In this document: in pieces, positions 20,680 to 30,354 of the stretch
Layout: every line of letters starts with the position of its first letter
How positions within the stretch are numbered: the stretch's first letter is position 1
Origin: a virus
DNA length: 64,000 nucleotides
IMG/VR virus record: IMGVR_UViG_3300031707_002715
Span: 62,452-126,451 of that record
Reading direction: 5' to 3' (one strand)
The notes under the pieces: generated by a model
Databases searched by the model: none
What the model was told of the DNA's origin: nothing
Seen by the model: the letters and a program-made list of their open reading frames with translations, nothing else
Made by a program: the position numbers and the translations under genes

Positions 20680-21399
20680 TTATTCTGTGCTCTTCCAATA
20701 GCAATACAGACATGCATGAGCACAGCGCTGCTTGTTTTCAAGCAATTCTTTTTTATTACCAAGACATGCGCAGCATGGCCTTTGCTTAAACGACTTATCA
20801 ATAGGTCGTTCGTTCAATATTTCGCAATCTATAGCAGATATACAGCCTGTGCATTCAAAATCAGGTTCACCGCAAATCTCAGGTTTATCTAATTTCTCCC
20901 ACGCTTTTTTCCTTAATTCTAATGGCGCATGAAAAGTCGACCACGGTAATTTTATATCTTTTTCTTCAAATCTCTTTTTCACATGTTCGTATTGATCAAT
21001 AAATGATATCCTAACTCTAGTCTTAAAAATTTGTCGAGCTTGAAGTAATACACCATAAGCTGTATTTATCCCTACATCTGTCGGAATAATTGGATCGATC
21101 CTCAGTACTACTCTTTCCGGACCAAGCAATTCACAGAGACTCTTAAATCCTTTTAACGACTCTTCAACAATAGGCACATTTGGTTCGACTATCGATCCAC
21201 CAAAACCGGTAATTGTCGTATGAACTATAACATTCGGTGTAAAATGATACACTTCAGGTGCTTCATTTATCATCGTCTTAAGCAAATAAAATAATTTAAG
21301 TGGATTTTTCGATATTAAAATTGCAGGCTTGAAATCTAAGACCCATGGCATCCATTGTAAATTAATAGCAGGGTCACCGCGCTCAGTTATACCGATCAT
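20680..21399 (-). CDS. DUF1848-like Fe-S/radical-SAM-related protein
   Basis: HTTITG...EPNVP, LRIDPII, C-terminal CAHACLYCYW. Confidence 0.7.
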   Translation of the reverse strand: MIGITERGDPAINLQWMPWVLDFKPAILISKNPLKLFYLLKTMINEAPEVYHFTPNVIVHTTITGFGGSIVEPNVPIVEESLKGFKSLCELLGPERVVLRIDPIIPTDVGINTAYGVLLQARQIFKTRVRISFIDQYEHVKKRFEEKDIKLPWSTFHAPLELRKKAWEKLDKPEICGEPDFECTGCISAIDCEILNERPIDKSFKQRPCCACLGNKKELLENKQRCAHACLYCYWKSTE

Positions 21400-21406
21400 A
21401 ATATTC

Positions 21407-21805
21407 TTAATGTGATATACATTTGAAAAATAAGTCTTGACTTATTTCTCTTGCATTTTTTCCCCTTCGAATAGCATCAGAGACTTGCTTCTTCATCACT
21501 TTTTTGCTTCCAGTCGATATGTCAGTCGTGACCTTTGCAATAGCTTCAGCCTCTGTCCTTCCATGACCAACTAGCGCACCCGATGTCCCTTCTGCTATAT
21601 GATATTTCTTTACATGAAGATTCTTAAAAACATGAAGAACATAACCGGACACTGTTATTGTCTGTAAAGGAATAGCCATAGTAAAAACAGGTTGATGAAG
21701 ATCGCCACCAAACATAAATGGTTCATATTTTAATGTCCAAATACGAACGGGAACGGCAGCAGTGATTTTAACATTTTTGTGCATTGTTATTCCACCATTT
21801 TCCAA
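21407..21805 (-). CDS. Hypothetical protein
   Basis: ORF in co-oriented operon; no motif recognised. Confidence 0.6.
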   Translation of the reverse strand: MENGGITMHKNVKITAAVPVRIWTLKYEPFMFGGDLHQPVFTMAIPLQTITVSGYVLHVFKNLHVKKYHIAEGTSGALVGHGRTEAEAIAKVTTDISTGSKKVMKKQVSDAIRRGKNAREISQDLFFKCISH

Positions 21806-23739
21806 AAATCGGCTTCAGGAATTGTTTTAACTCCTAATGCAGCCGCTTTTGAAATCTTATTACTGTTTGATCGACATACGAGCAAATAATTTAATTCTTT
21901 GTTCACTCGTTTAATTTCACCACCGTTTGCCGCAACAAATTCGTACCAATCTTCTCTTCTATAAGCTTTATTCGTTTTAGGATCGATCTTTGTTAGTGGT
22001 CCGGTCACTTGAAACGATTTACCTTGCAATTTATTAGACTCCAATTTGACTTCAACGAGCTTTTTAATTTTAACACCACTTTTCATTAACCGTTCAATTA
22101 AAGGTCGTCGTTGCTCAAGCCCTTCGACTATGTCTTTAGCTCGCGACGGACCGATTCCTGAAATTTTTGCCAAATCCTGCTCAGTCACTTCTTCCATAAG
22201 TGCGTATAAATCGTATTCATCAGTAATTAATTCAGCCATTGTCTCACCGAGAGTGGGAATTGCTAGCGCGCATAAAAAAGTAACAATATCCATTTCTTTG
22301 CATCGTCCAAAACCTTCAACTATTTTCGTGGCCGATTTTTCACCTGATCGATCTAAACTTGCGACCTTTTGTATAGTGAGATCGTAAAAATCTGCAGGAT
22401 CTTTTATAAGATTTTTCTCGTACAATTGTTCAATCGTGCTTTCACCGATGTCTGTTAAACTCATACGTTTTTTCAAAACATCGACCCAGTGACGTAATTT
22501 ACGAAATTCTTTACCTACACAATTATCGCTATCACATCTCAAATACGCGCTCTCCGGATCACGAGTCACCGGACCACCGCAAGAAGGACATTTCGTAGGC
22601 GCAACGATTTTCTTACCGACAGATTTGATGACCTGGATGACCTTAGGGATTATCTCTCCCGATTTAATAACTAAGACGGTATCACCAATGCCGACGCCTA
22701 ACCTGGCAATCTCATCGAAATTGTGAAGAGTCGCTGATTTTACTATTGAACCATCAATATTAACTGGTTCAAGAACTGCATTTGGCGAAATGACTCCTGT
22801 CCGGCCAACTTCACATACGCAATCGAGTAATGTTGTTGCTACGCCACGCGCATCAAATTTAAAGGCAATTTGACCTTTAGGGTCACCGTTTGGATGTAGT
22901 CCGAGCTCTTTTTGTCGCGAAATGCTGTTGACCTTAAGGACTAAACCGTCAATATTGTATTTGAGTTTTTCTCGATCTGTGTCCATGTATTGTTGACGAA
23001 TTCGAATGACTTCTGCCGGCGTAATTAATTTATAATTAGTGGTGACTAATCCCAATGTGTTTGACAAATAATCAAGTTTTTCTGTTTCAAATGAAAATGT
23101 GATATCGGGTGAAACAATATCGTAAACGATCACGCAAACATATTCGAGAAATTGACCGTCAAACCGTTTTATTATGCCATTTGCAGCATTACGAGGATTT
23201 GAAAATGTTTTAGTCGATAAGCTGTTGACTTTATCAAAGTCGACTTTTAACATCATTGCTTCACCGCGAATGCTAGCTGTGATTTTTTCCGGTAATGTCT
23301 GTTTTACAAACTTCAATTTCTTAGCATTGATAGTGATCTCATCACCGACGTGACCGTCTCCTCGAGTGATGCCTTGTACTAATTCACCATTGATATAATT
23401 CAAGGCTATTGATGCACCGTCGAATTTGTCTTCGAGCACTAAAACTTTGCCTTGTATACGACTTGAATCAGCCCATTTTTCAAATTCAGCAATCGACATT
23501 GCGTTTGCTAATGACGACATTGGCATAGAATGTTTAGCTTTTTGCCATCCGTTCTCAGCATCTGGCGGTGCACCGGTTTTCTTCAATTCTAAATTATCAG
23601 GATCGAGCTGTTTCAATCTTTCTAATAAAGCATCGTAAACTCCATCCAAAATTCGAGGTTCCTTATTATAATAAAGATATCGATGAAGCCGAATTTCTGA
23701 TGCTAATCGATCAACTTCATCTTTGACATTTTTTTTCAT
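21787..23739 (-). CDS. ligA: NAD-dependent DNA ligase
   Basis: KFDG adenylation motif, TRGDG, NPRNAA, DGLVLK, IAFKF, VGRTG, ATLHN, Zn finger, HhH, BRCT; start set at MKKNVK (23739). Confidence 0.95.
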   Translation of the reverse strand: MKKNVKDEVDRLASEIRLHRYLYYNKEPRILDGVYDALLERLKQLDPDNLELKKTGAPPDAENGWQKAKHSMPMSSLANAMSIAEFEKWADSSRIQGKVLVLEDKFDGASIALNYINGELVQGITRGDGHVGDEITINAKKLKFVKQTLPEKITASIRGEAMMLKVDFDKVNSLSTKTFSNPRNAANGIIKRFDGQFLEYVCVIVYDIVSPDITFSFETEKLDYLSNTLGLVTTNYKLITPAEVIRIRQQYMDTDREKLKYNIDGLVLKVNSISRQKELGLHPNGDPKGQIAFKFDARGVATTLLDCVCEVGRTGVISPNAVLEPVNIDGSIVKSATLHNFDEIARLGVGIGDTVLVIKSGEIIPKVIQVIKSVGKKIVAPTKCPSCGGPVTRDPESAYLRCDSDNCVGKEFRKLRHWVDVLKKRMSLTDIGESTIEQLYEKNLIKDPADFYDLTIQKVASLDRSGEKSATKIVEGFGRCKEMDIVTFLCALAIPTLGETMAELITDEYDLYALMEEVTEQDLAKISGIGPSRAKDIVEGLEQRRPLIERLMKSGVKIKKLVEVKLESNKLQGKSFQVTGPLTKIDPKTNKAYRREDWYEFVAANGGEIKRVNKELNYLLVCRSNSNKISKAAALGVKTIPEADFWKMVE

Positions 23740-23755
23740 TTTTTCTCCATTATGT

Positions 23756-24136
23756 TCACCAGCACAGAAATAAGCGTCCGATCCCGAAATGTTCACCACT
23801 TAAAATAAATTCATATTCCCAGTTATCTTCTATCCATATTCCAGAAATCATAATATTAGTCACAGTTGCTTTGACTTTAACATTCTTCAATTCCACTACA
23901 TGATCAGCCGGCGTCACGATCACAACAGCTTTATTATCATCAATATCAATTGTTACGGAATAAAGATATTGCTTTTTATTATTAACATCCTGCCAATTAA
24001 AACTAAAAGCATAGCTTTCTGAGCCATCTTCATTTGTCCGTCTTATAGTTACTGCGCTACAACCAGATTTTTCCGTCTTATAAACAGACGTCCAAATTAT
24101 CTTAGAATTATATCTCAAATGATGGAGGATTTCCAT
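23756..24136 (-). CDS. Hypothetical protein
   Basis: ORF with AAGGA RBS. Confidence 0.55.
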   Translation of the reverse strand: MEILHHLRYNSKIIWTSVYKTEKSGCSAVTIRRTNEDGSESYAFSFNWQDVNNKKQYLYSVTIDIDDNKAVVIVTPADHVVELKNVKVKATVTNIMISGIWIEDNWEYEFILSGEHFGIGRLFLCW

Positions 24137-24188
24137 TTTCCTTATTAAATCTAATCATACAGAAACACGTAGATTTATGAAAATAAGC

Positions 24189-24224
24189 AAAAAAAGCTGT
24201 AGAAATATACTCTACAGCTTTCTT
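24189..24224. terminator. Rho-independent terminator
   Basis: AAAGCTGTAGA/TCTACAGCTTT inverted repeat with flanking A and T tracts. Confidence 0.7.
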
Positions 24225-24236
24225 TCTATAGGCCGT

Positions 24237-24737
24237 TTATTGCGTAGATTTTTTCTTCTTTTTAAGACCGTACATTGTCGCAATAAGCGTAGAAATTGCA
24301 CCGATTAATGCCACTAATCCTTCTATGACTTTAACAACAAAATCGAGGTTTTTGCGATGAGAATCTGACTGTGATTGCAAATTTTCTAAAATAGTCGTCA
24401 CCTTATTTAATGAAGTTTTCGTTTCTAAAATTCGGTTATCTAACTGCTCCATATCTTTATCATATTCGTGGATTGTCACATATTGGAAATTGCGACTTAA
24501 ATATAAAGGTCTTAAAATAGCGTTAGTGTCTCTCGTCGTATCTTTTATAGAGTCACGCATTGCAAACAGCTTGTCGGGCGATGTCAACGGTATTAATGGC
24601 ATATATTGGAGCTGTATGAAACCAGGCTGCCTATGTGCTCTAATTCTACCAGACTCACTTTTACTCACTAATGAATCTAATGCAGTCGCACTCACAATCG
24701 AACAGCAGACGATAATCAATAACGACATGTTACGCAT
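24237..24737 (-). CDS. Membrane/secreted coiled-coil protein
   Basis: Signal-peptide-like N-terminus, heptad region, C-terminal TM followed by poly-Lys. Confidence 0.6.
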   Translation of the reverse strand: MRNMSLLIIVCCSIVSATALDSLVSKSESGRIRAHRQPGFIQLQYMPLIPLTSPDKLFAMRDSIKDTTRDTNAILRPLYLSRNFQYVTIHEYDKDMEQLDNRILETKTSLNKVTTILENLQSQSDSHRKNLDFVVKVIEGLVALIGAISTLIATMYGLKKKKKSTQ

Positions 24738-24844
24738 GTTGCTCCCTATTTAAAAAGTTTCGAGTAGCAATCTGTGGACTCAATCTCTTTTCTCTGACGT
24801 ACTCCCACGACTAAAGTCGTTGGGTTCTCGTGTTCACTGTCTAA

Positions 24845-25870
24845 TCATGCGGCTACGCCGCTGGATAGGACAACTCCACGTTGCGGGGCATCAGTGCTCC
24901 CTTTGCATACATCCCTGTCTGTATGCAATGGATCAATTAGAGGCCACGCAGCTATGTTAAAAGCTGCGTTAGCATCCGCATGATCTACGTGTCCACACGA
25001 AGGACACATAAAGCTCTTATCTTTTCGTATGCCTATAGTCCCACACCTACTACACTTTTTAGAAGTGTATGCGGGAGCAATTAAGCCTACGCCTACTCCA
25101 AACTTTTTGGCCTTGTACTGAATCATCATCAGTAGCTGAAAATAAGACCAAGAGGATAGGGAGTACTTGAAAGATCGAGCCTGTTTTTTATTGTTTCGGA
25201 TTCCTTTAAGACTCTCCAACTTAATTGAGCAATTGTTCTCCTTTGCTGTTAAGACTATTTTCTTTGAAATCTTGTGATTCAAATCTCTAACAATATCAGA
25301 CTCTCTACGTTTAATCTGATTCAGCTTTCTGTATTTCTTTTGGCTCTGTAGCTTTTTTCTGATGCTTTTATATTTTGTATGTATATGTAGAGCTTTTTTC
25401 CCAAGTTTGACAACCGACCCAGTAGAAGGAATCCCAATAACTGCACAGTGCCCCTTAGTATTCAAATCAACACCGAGATAGTTTTCAGACTTAATCAGAT
25501 CAGGTTCTTTGATTTCTCCTGAGATGTAGGCGTAAGTCTTATCAAGTTCTATCTGATTTATTTTCTGGAGCTCATATCTGAAATATGTGGTGGGGAGTTT
25601 GAGCTTTAAGCATGGTATGATTAGTTCCGTTTTATCAATCTTGATGGACTGACTTGGTACAGTCAACTTGACTCTGTTGATCCTTTTAAGTTTTTTGTTA
25701 GCACTATACTTTTTGAGTATCTGGTTAGACAGTGCTGATTTCAATCCGAAATGTTTAACATCTTTGGAACTTCTCAAACCTGTCTTTAAAGCAAATAGGG
25801 CTATCTGTCGAGCCTTTTCAAGCTCGGCGGATAAATCTACGCCATGTTTAATTTTGATCGTGAGGATCAT
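24845..25870 (-). CDS. tnpB: TnpB
   Basis: LGVDLN, IKLESL, YTSKKCSRCG...CPSCG, HADANAAFNI. Confidence 0.92.
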   Translation of the reverse strand: MILTIKIKHGVDLSAELEKARQIALFALKTGLRSSKDVKHFGLKSALSNQILKKYSANKKLKRINRVKLTVPSQSIKIDKTELIIPCLKLKLPTTYFRYELQKINQIELDKTYAYISGEIKEPDLIKSENYLGVDLNTKGHCAVIGIPSTGSVVKLGKKALHIHTKYKSIRKKLQSQKKYRKLNQIKRRESDIVRDLNHKISKKIVLTAKENNCSIKLESLKGIRNNKKQARSFKYSLSSWSYFQLLMMIQYKAKKFGVGVGLIAPAYTSKKCSRCGTIGIRKDKSFMCPSCGHVDHADANAAFNIAAWPLIDPLHTDRDVCKGSTDAPQRGVVLSSGVAA

Positions 25871-26262
25871 TTGTAATTTTGGTCGTCAATATATTTCTTG
25901 ACGGTGTCTTCTGAAATGTGACCTATAGATTCACAGTAGTAGGATCGAGTCCAGAGGAAAGGCATTCTTGATTTTAGTTTTGGAAACTCTAAACGCATTA
26001 TTCTTGAACTGTATCCTTTGAGATGCTTAACAATCAAATGAGGGGAATGTATTGGTGAGCATTTAACAAAAAGATGGACATGATCTGGCATGACCTCTAT
26101 GTTCTCTATGATGATAGAGAATTCTTTCGCCTTTTCATAGAAAAGTTCTTTGAGTCTTTTTTCAACATCCCCCACTAAAACCTTGCGCCTATACTTGGGA
26201 CACCAGATTAGATGATAGCCCAGATTGTAGGTAGCCTTGTTTGACTTTTTCAATCTTGGCAT
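25867..26262 (-). CDS. tnpA: IS200-family Y1 HUH transposase
   Basis: YHLIWCPKYRR, PDHVHLF (HUH), LWTRSYY, KKYI. Confidence 0.95.
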   Translation of the reverse strand: MPRLKKSNKATYNLGYHLIWCPKYRRKVLVGDVEKRLKELFYEKAKEFSIIIENIEVMPDHVHLFVKCSPIHSPHLIVKHLKGYSSRIMRLEFPKLKSRMPFLWTRSYYCESIGHISEDTVKKYIDDQNYK

Positions 26263-26588
26263 ATTAGATACCTCCTACTTATCTAATATACATCATTTTA
26301 AAAGAAGTGTAGAATTTATTTTGTGGCACGGCTCGCTTTCATCCCACGGCTAAAGACGCTCGAAGACTCGCTCCGTGGGCTTTCCCGCTCGCAGGATTGT
26401 AAAATTTGCAATGTCCTTACCATTATATGCCACTGTACAATGTACTTGACTATAATTCCTTAATAAATAATTTTGTACAATCTTCTTAAATTTTTTTATT
26501 GCCTCATCGTGGCTGTTAAAATCTTTAGCAGAATATTGAGTCCTGTGCGATTCTAAGTTATCGATCTTTTCAATGTACAGTACATATC

Positions 26589-27374
26589 TCATTGCTCCTC
26601 CTCTAATTTTTTTACTAAGGTTTTAAGACTTTCATTAATATTAAATGAACAATCAATCCAGTTACACCATTTACAATTATCACTTTGCTTCTTTTTGAAT
26701 TCATCAGCCTTTATTGCTTGAAATATCTCATCTACTTTTTTCTTAACATCATAGTAATCTTCATCTTTAACATGTACGTCGACTATTCTATTTTCTTTTT
26801 TTGATGGATACACGAACTTAATACATTCTTCTACTATGTCGAATTGTTTATAGAGGGCCCAACTATAAATTAACGCTTGCAACCTGTGTTTTTCTTCATT
26901 ATGTTTTCCTGTCTTCCAATCTAATACATAAATCTTGCCATTGACTTCAGTCACTAGATCTATATAGCCATGAACATCAATTTCGAATTTATCATTATTA
27001 TATGCCTGTTTAAATTCAAGTTCAGAACCAATCGCTTCATGTAACCAATCATTAGCTTTTGCCATTGAAACCCAGTTTTTTATTATTGTAAAACCAGAAG
27101 CCCTAGCGTACTTCAATTCTATATCTTGCGCATTCTGCATTTTAATTTCTATATCAAAAAACTTTTCCCAATTTTGAAATAAATCGTGAGTCTGAAACGT
27201 ACGCTGATTATAAAATGTCTGGAGTAATTTATGAAATGCTTGACCTAATACTAATGCAGCGCTCGGTGCTTTTATCGCAGTTCGTTTAAGTATTTTATCT
27301 TGTTTAAAAGCCCATGGGCACGTACAAAAATAGTTGATCGTAGAAGCAGACAAATTGAAATCGAGCTTAATCAT
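26589..27374 (-). CDS. PD-(D/E)XK RecB-family exonuclease
   Basis: SASTIN..CTCP, GQAFH, GYIDLV, LDWKTG, QALIY, C-terminal CKWC. Confidence 0.85.
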   Translation of the reverse strand: MIKLDFNLSASTINYFCTCPWAFKQDKILKRTAIKAPSAALVLGQAFHKLLQTFYNQRTFQTHDLFQNWEKFFDIEIKMQNAQDIELKYARASGFTIIKNWVSMAKANDWLHEAIGSELEFKQAYNNDKFEIDVHGYIDLVTEVNGKIYVLDWKTGKHNEEKHRLQALIYSWALYKQFDIVEECIKFVYPSKKENRIVDVHVKDEDYYDVKKKVDEIFQAIKADEFKKKQSDNCKWCNWIDCSFNINESLKTLVKKLEEEQ

Positions 27375-28657
27375 TTTCGTTCTTTTACTGTATTTACTAA
27401 TATTTTTGTCGCTTTCTCGTGCTTAACAGCTGTTTCGCTAGCACGATAATTATTTCCCTTCTTTAAATCTTCAATAATTTGGTCTATTTCTATTTTATTT
27501 TTATTGAGTGTATTTGCTCTATTCAAAACAAATTCTTCGACCTCAGCGCTTGTCGCTGTTATATTATTAATCTGGCAAATGTGATCTAAGAAAATTTTAA
27601 CTTCTAGAGCTTTTTCGACTCGAGGTCTCTTTTGAGCGTAAAATACGTCTTTACCATTTTTGTTCTTTTTCACAAATTCTTCTTCGGTCGTCCCCATCCG
27701 ATACAAAAATTGATTCCATTCATTTGCTAATTCCCACTCAATCATTGCATTCGGTATGCACTCTATTTTTGACTTGGTCACACATTGTGTCAAAATGTCT
27801 GATTCAAAATTCTCTTCATCTATCTTCTTGTAATCTTCGATTAATTTATCACGCAATGTTGATCGAAATTGATCGACTGTCTGATCCTCATCAACTGCTA
27901 ATTGTTCGACAGTTTTAATAGTTTTCGATTCTATTTTATTAATGGTAACAGTGAATTCAGCTTCTTTATCCTGCAAATCTTTTACTTGGTAATCTGTCGG
28001 AAATCTCGTCACCACTTTACCAACTGTGCCCAATTTCAACTTGACCATTTGTTCTTCGAAACCGCTAATAAATTTTGTTTCACCGACTACAAATTTATAA
28101 TTCTTAGCTGTACCACCAGAAAATGATTTGCCGTCGACTTGGCCCATAAAATCAATTATTAACACATCACCTCTTTTGATTTCATAATTTAGATCGAGCA
28201 TATTAGTAAACAAGGCTTTTGAATGCTGTAAAGCTTTAACTTGGTCGTCAACCATTTGTTCAGAAATAATCGTCACATTCTTGACTACATTCACGTCTGC
28301 GATATTAAAATATTCGACTTTTGGTTTTAAGTATACTGTAGCCTGGATTGTTAGCGGTATATTATCTTCAAATGGACCGACGACTTCAAAATCAGTCGCG
28401 TCAACTACTTCTAACTTCTCCTGTTCAAGAGCTCTCTTATATAATATGTCAAACACTTCTCGATAAGCAGTGAACCTGTTAAAATGGGGTTGTTTTTCAG
28501 CTACTTCACGAGGTACATGGCCCTTGCGAAATCCGTTAGCATAAATTTGGTCTTTAATCTTTTCATATTGTTCTTCGACCAGACCTTTGACCACTTCTAC
28601 AGATTCAACAAATTTTAATTTGTACGGTATTGACAACTTCTTCAACTTAATCTCCAT
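27371..28657 (-). CDS. tig: Trigger factor (ribosome-associated chaperone/PPIase)
   Basis: GFRKGHVP ribosome-binding signature; FKBP domain IDFMG.VDG..FSGG, FISGFEEQM, FPTDY; AGGAGG RBS before ATG 28657. Confidence 0.9.
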   Translation of the reverse strand: MEIKLKKLSIPYKLKFVESVEVVKGLVEEQYEKIKDQIYANGFRKGHVPREVAEKQPHFNRFTAYREVFDILYKRALEQEKLEVVDATDFEVVGPFEDNIPLTIQATVYLKPKVEYFNIADVNVVKNVTIISEQMVDDQVKALQHSKALFTNMLDLNYEIKRGDVLIIDFMGQVDGKSFSGGTAKNYKFVVGETKFISGFEEQMVKLKLGTVGKVVTRFPTDYQVKDLQDKEAEFTVTINKIESKTIKTVEQLAVDEDQTVDQFRSTLRDKLIEDYKKIDEENFESDILTQCVTKSKIECIPNAMIEWELANEWNQFLYRMGTTEEEFVKKNKNGKDVFYAQKRPRVEKALEVKIFLDHICQINNITATSAEVEEFVLNRANTLNKNKIEIDQIIEDLKKGNNYRASETAVKHEKATKILVNTVKERK

Positions 28658-28874
28658 TGCGTCCTCCTGCACATAAGAATTTGAATTTAGCAATCTTGTC
28701 TTGCAATTCTAGTTTATTAGAATTCACAGGCAATTTCTTAATTTTAAGTTTATCTAAATATCTATTTGTTAACACAATCGCATTAGCTTGTTGAACTAGT
28801 GAACGTTCTCCGCGATTATTTAATTCATTAGCCATCGCAACTATCGCCGGTATAACTATGCGTCTCTTCGGCAT
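28647..28874 (-). CDS. Hypothetical protein
   Basis: Short ORF overlapping the tig start. Confidence 0.45.
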   Translation of the reverse strand: MPKRRIVIPAIVAMANELNNRGERSLVQQANAIVLTNRYLDKLKIKKLPVNSNKLELQDKIAKFKFLCAGGRNGD

Positions 28875-28944
28875 TTTCTCAATCTCAATAAATTGTTTCT
28901 AAAAGAATACTTTATTGGTACGACACCCAATTTTACAAGTTCTT

Positions 28945-30088
28945 TGAGCCTCTGCCGGGGATAAATCCCCGCAGATTCCTGACTGCAATCATGCTGCTGC
29001 ATGTAGCACCTCGACGGTCGCTCCGACCGCAGCATTTAGAACATTAACGGCAGAATTTATATCTCTGTCGTTTTGTGCACCACAAGCACAGTTCCAGTGC
29101 CTTACCGAGAGTTGTGCGAGACCGCTTGGCCCGGTTAAGGCCCCGCAAGCCGAGCACATCCTCGTGGAGTTTTTTGACGGAATTTCTAAATACTTTCGAC
29201 CGCACGAACTGCTTTTGTACGAAAGCATTTTTCTTAACTGGTAATGTCCAGAACTGGACACAGATTTACCGAATTTCTTGGCAATACTATTAATATTATC
29301 AGAGCTAAAAGCAATAAGAACATTTTCCTTGACAAGACGAAGTGACAGCTTGTGATTTCTATCATTGACGCGGCTTGCTCTGCGCTCAGAAAGTCTGGCG
29401 GCAAGTTGCTTATCATGGCCCCGCTGCGCTTGTCCTATCCGTTTTTCAATAGCTTCCAGTTCCCTCGGATGTTCTATCTTTTCTCCGGTAGAGAGGGTCA
29501 ACAGAGTTTTAAAACCGGGATCAATCCCTATCTGCCCATTACCGGTACAAGCTATTGGTTCTCTTTTCGCATCAATAAAAAGGCATAAGTACCAACCGGA
29601 AGCACGCTTGATTATGCGTCCGTTTTTAATAATTCCTTTAGGCAACTCCTGTTTGTGGTAGCGTATTTTACCGATACCAGGAATACTGATATGGTTTTCT
29701 TTTGGGGGATGAATGCGGTCTGGAAAGGATATGGAATTTAATTTGTTCCGCACACCTTTGAGGCGCGGTTTTCCACTAATCTTTTTAAAGCACCGCTGCC
29801 ATGCCGTATAGACCTGAGACAAAACGCCTTGAATAGTGTGTGAAGGAATTTCCAGTTTCTTTCCATGATCAGCGAGAAGATTTACAAAATCAAAAGCAGA
29901 AAAATATATTTTATCTTGTGCGTTAAGTTCTATTTTCCGTAATCCAAAATTATAAATTGCCGTCAGATTCCACAACCAATTATCAAGCGTGGATTCCTGC
30001 TTTTTATTGAAGTGAAGTTTGAGGGCAGATGTTATCATGATTGCTGGTTAATATATCGTTGTATGGTTTGCCCGCAGACATTAGTGAG
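28945..30088 (-). mobile_element. IS605-type tnpB-only element, copy A (left-end hairpin not found)
   Basis: Right end CTGCGGGGATTTATCCCCGGCAGAGGCTCAA identical to copy B; tnpA 3' relic (QTIQRYINQQS). Confidence 0.75.
28989..30038 (-). CDS. tnpB: TnpB, close paralog of 42123-43172
   Basis: IGIDPG, STRMCSACG, DRDINSAVN; long identical stretches with 42123-43172. Confidence 0.9.
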   Translation of the reverse strand: MITSALKLHFNKKQESTLDNWLWNLTAIYNFGLRKIELNAQDKIYFSAFDFVNLLADHGKKLEIPSHTIQGVLSQVYTAWQRCFKKISGKPRLKGVRNKLNSISFPDRIHPPKENHISIPGIGKIRYHKQELPKGIIKNGRIIKRASGWYLCLFIDAKREPIACTGNGQIGIDPGFKTLLTLSTGEKIEHPRELEAIEKRIGQAQRGHDKQLAARLSERRASRVNDRNHKLSLRLVKENVLIAFSSDNINSIAKKFGKSVSSSGHYQLRKMLSYKSSSCGRKYLEIPSKNSTRMCSACGALTGPSGLAQLSVRHWNCACGAQNDRDINSAVNVLNAAVGATVEVLHAAA

Positions 30089-30251
30089 TTATAGAGTCAA
30101 TTATGTGTGAAAAATTCTTTATGACGAAGTCCGCGACTTCATCTTCATTTATCTCTTCGTGCTTTTCCATTAAATACAAAAGGATACCCGCAGTCAAAAT
30201 ATCTTTAACTATTCCACTGTCAAACAATTGACCTCGTTCGTCTGTTGCCAT
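30081..30251 (-). CDS. Small protein MATDERGQL..., probably the 5' part of the gene hit by element A
   Basis: AAGGA RBS; can be joined in frame to KELVKLGVVP... beyond the right end. Confidence 0.5.
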   Translation of the reverse strand: MATDERGQLFDSGIVKDILTAGILLYLMEKHEEINEDEVADFVIKNFSHIIDSITH

Positions 30252-30354
30252 TTATGTTATCCTTTTCGTTAACAATGTTAACACAGACAAAATATTTAAA
30301 TACAACATGTCTGAGTGATATATCGTACACATTTTTAGTTACTATTCGCCAATT

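Larger units (their letters stand above)
24795..26398 (-). mobile_element. Complete IS605-family element (tnpA + tnpB)
   Basis: TTAC target upstream of left end; subterminal hairpins CCCACGG...CCGTGGG (left) and CGAC-TTTA-GTCG (right); ends ...GTCA. Confidence 0.9.
24746..26592 (-). pseudogene. Small gene interrupted by the IS605 element
   Basis: MRYVLYIEK...KDIANFT resumes after the right end as RKEIESTDCYSKLFK*; ILRAGKP... in the ORF track is IS sequence. Confidence 0.55.

Noticed and set aside
26589-27374. CRISPR-associated Cas4
   Set aside because: Stand-alone PD-(D/E)XK nuclease in a replication context, with no cas1/cas2 or array
28875-28944. TAG read-through extending the 75-aa ORF upstream
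   Set aside because: Better explained in another frame as the 3' remainder of the gene interrupted by tnpB element A
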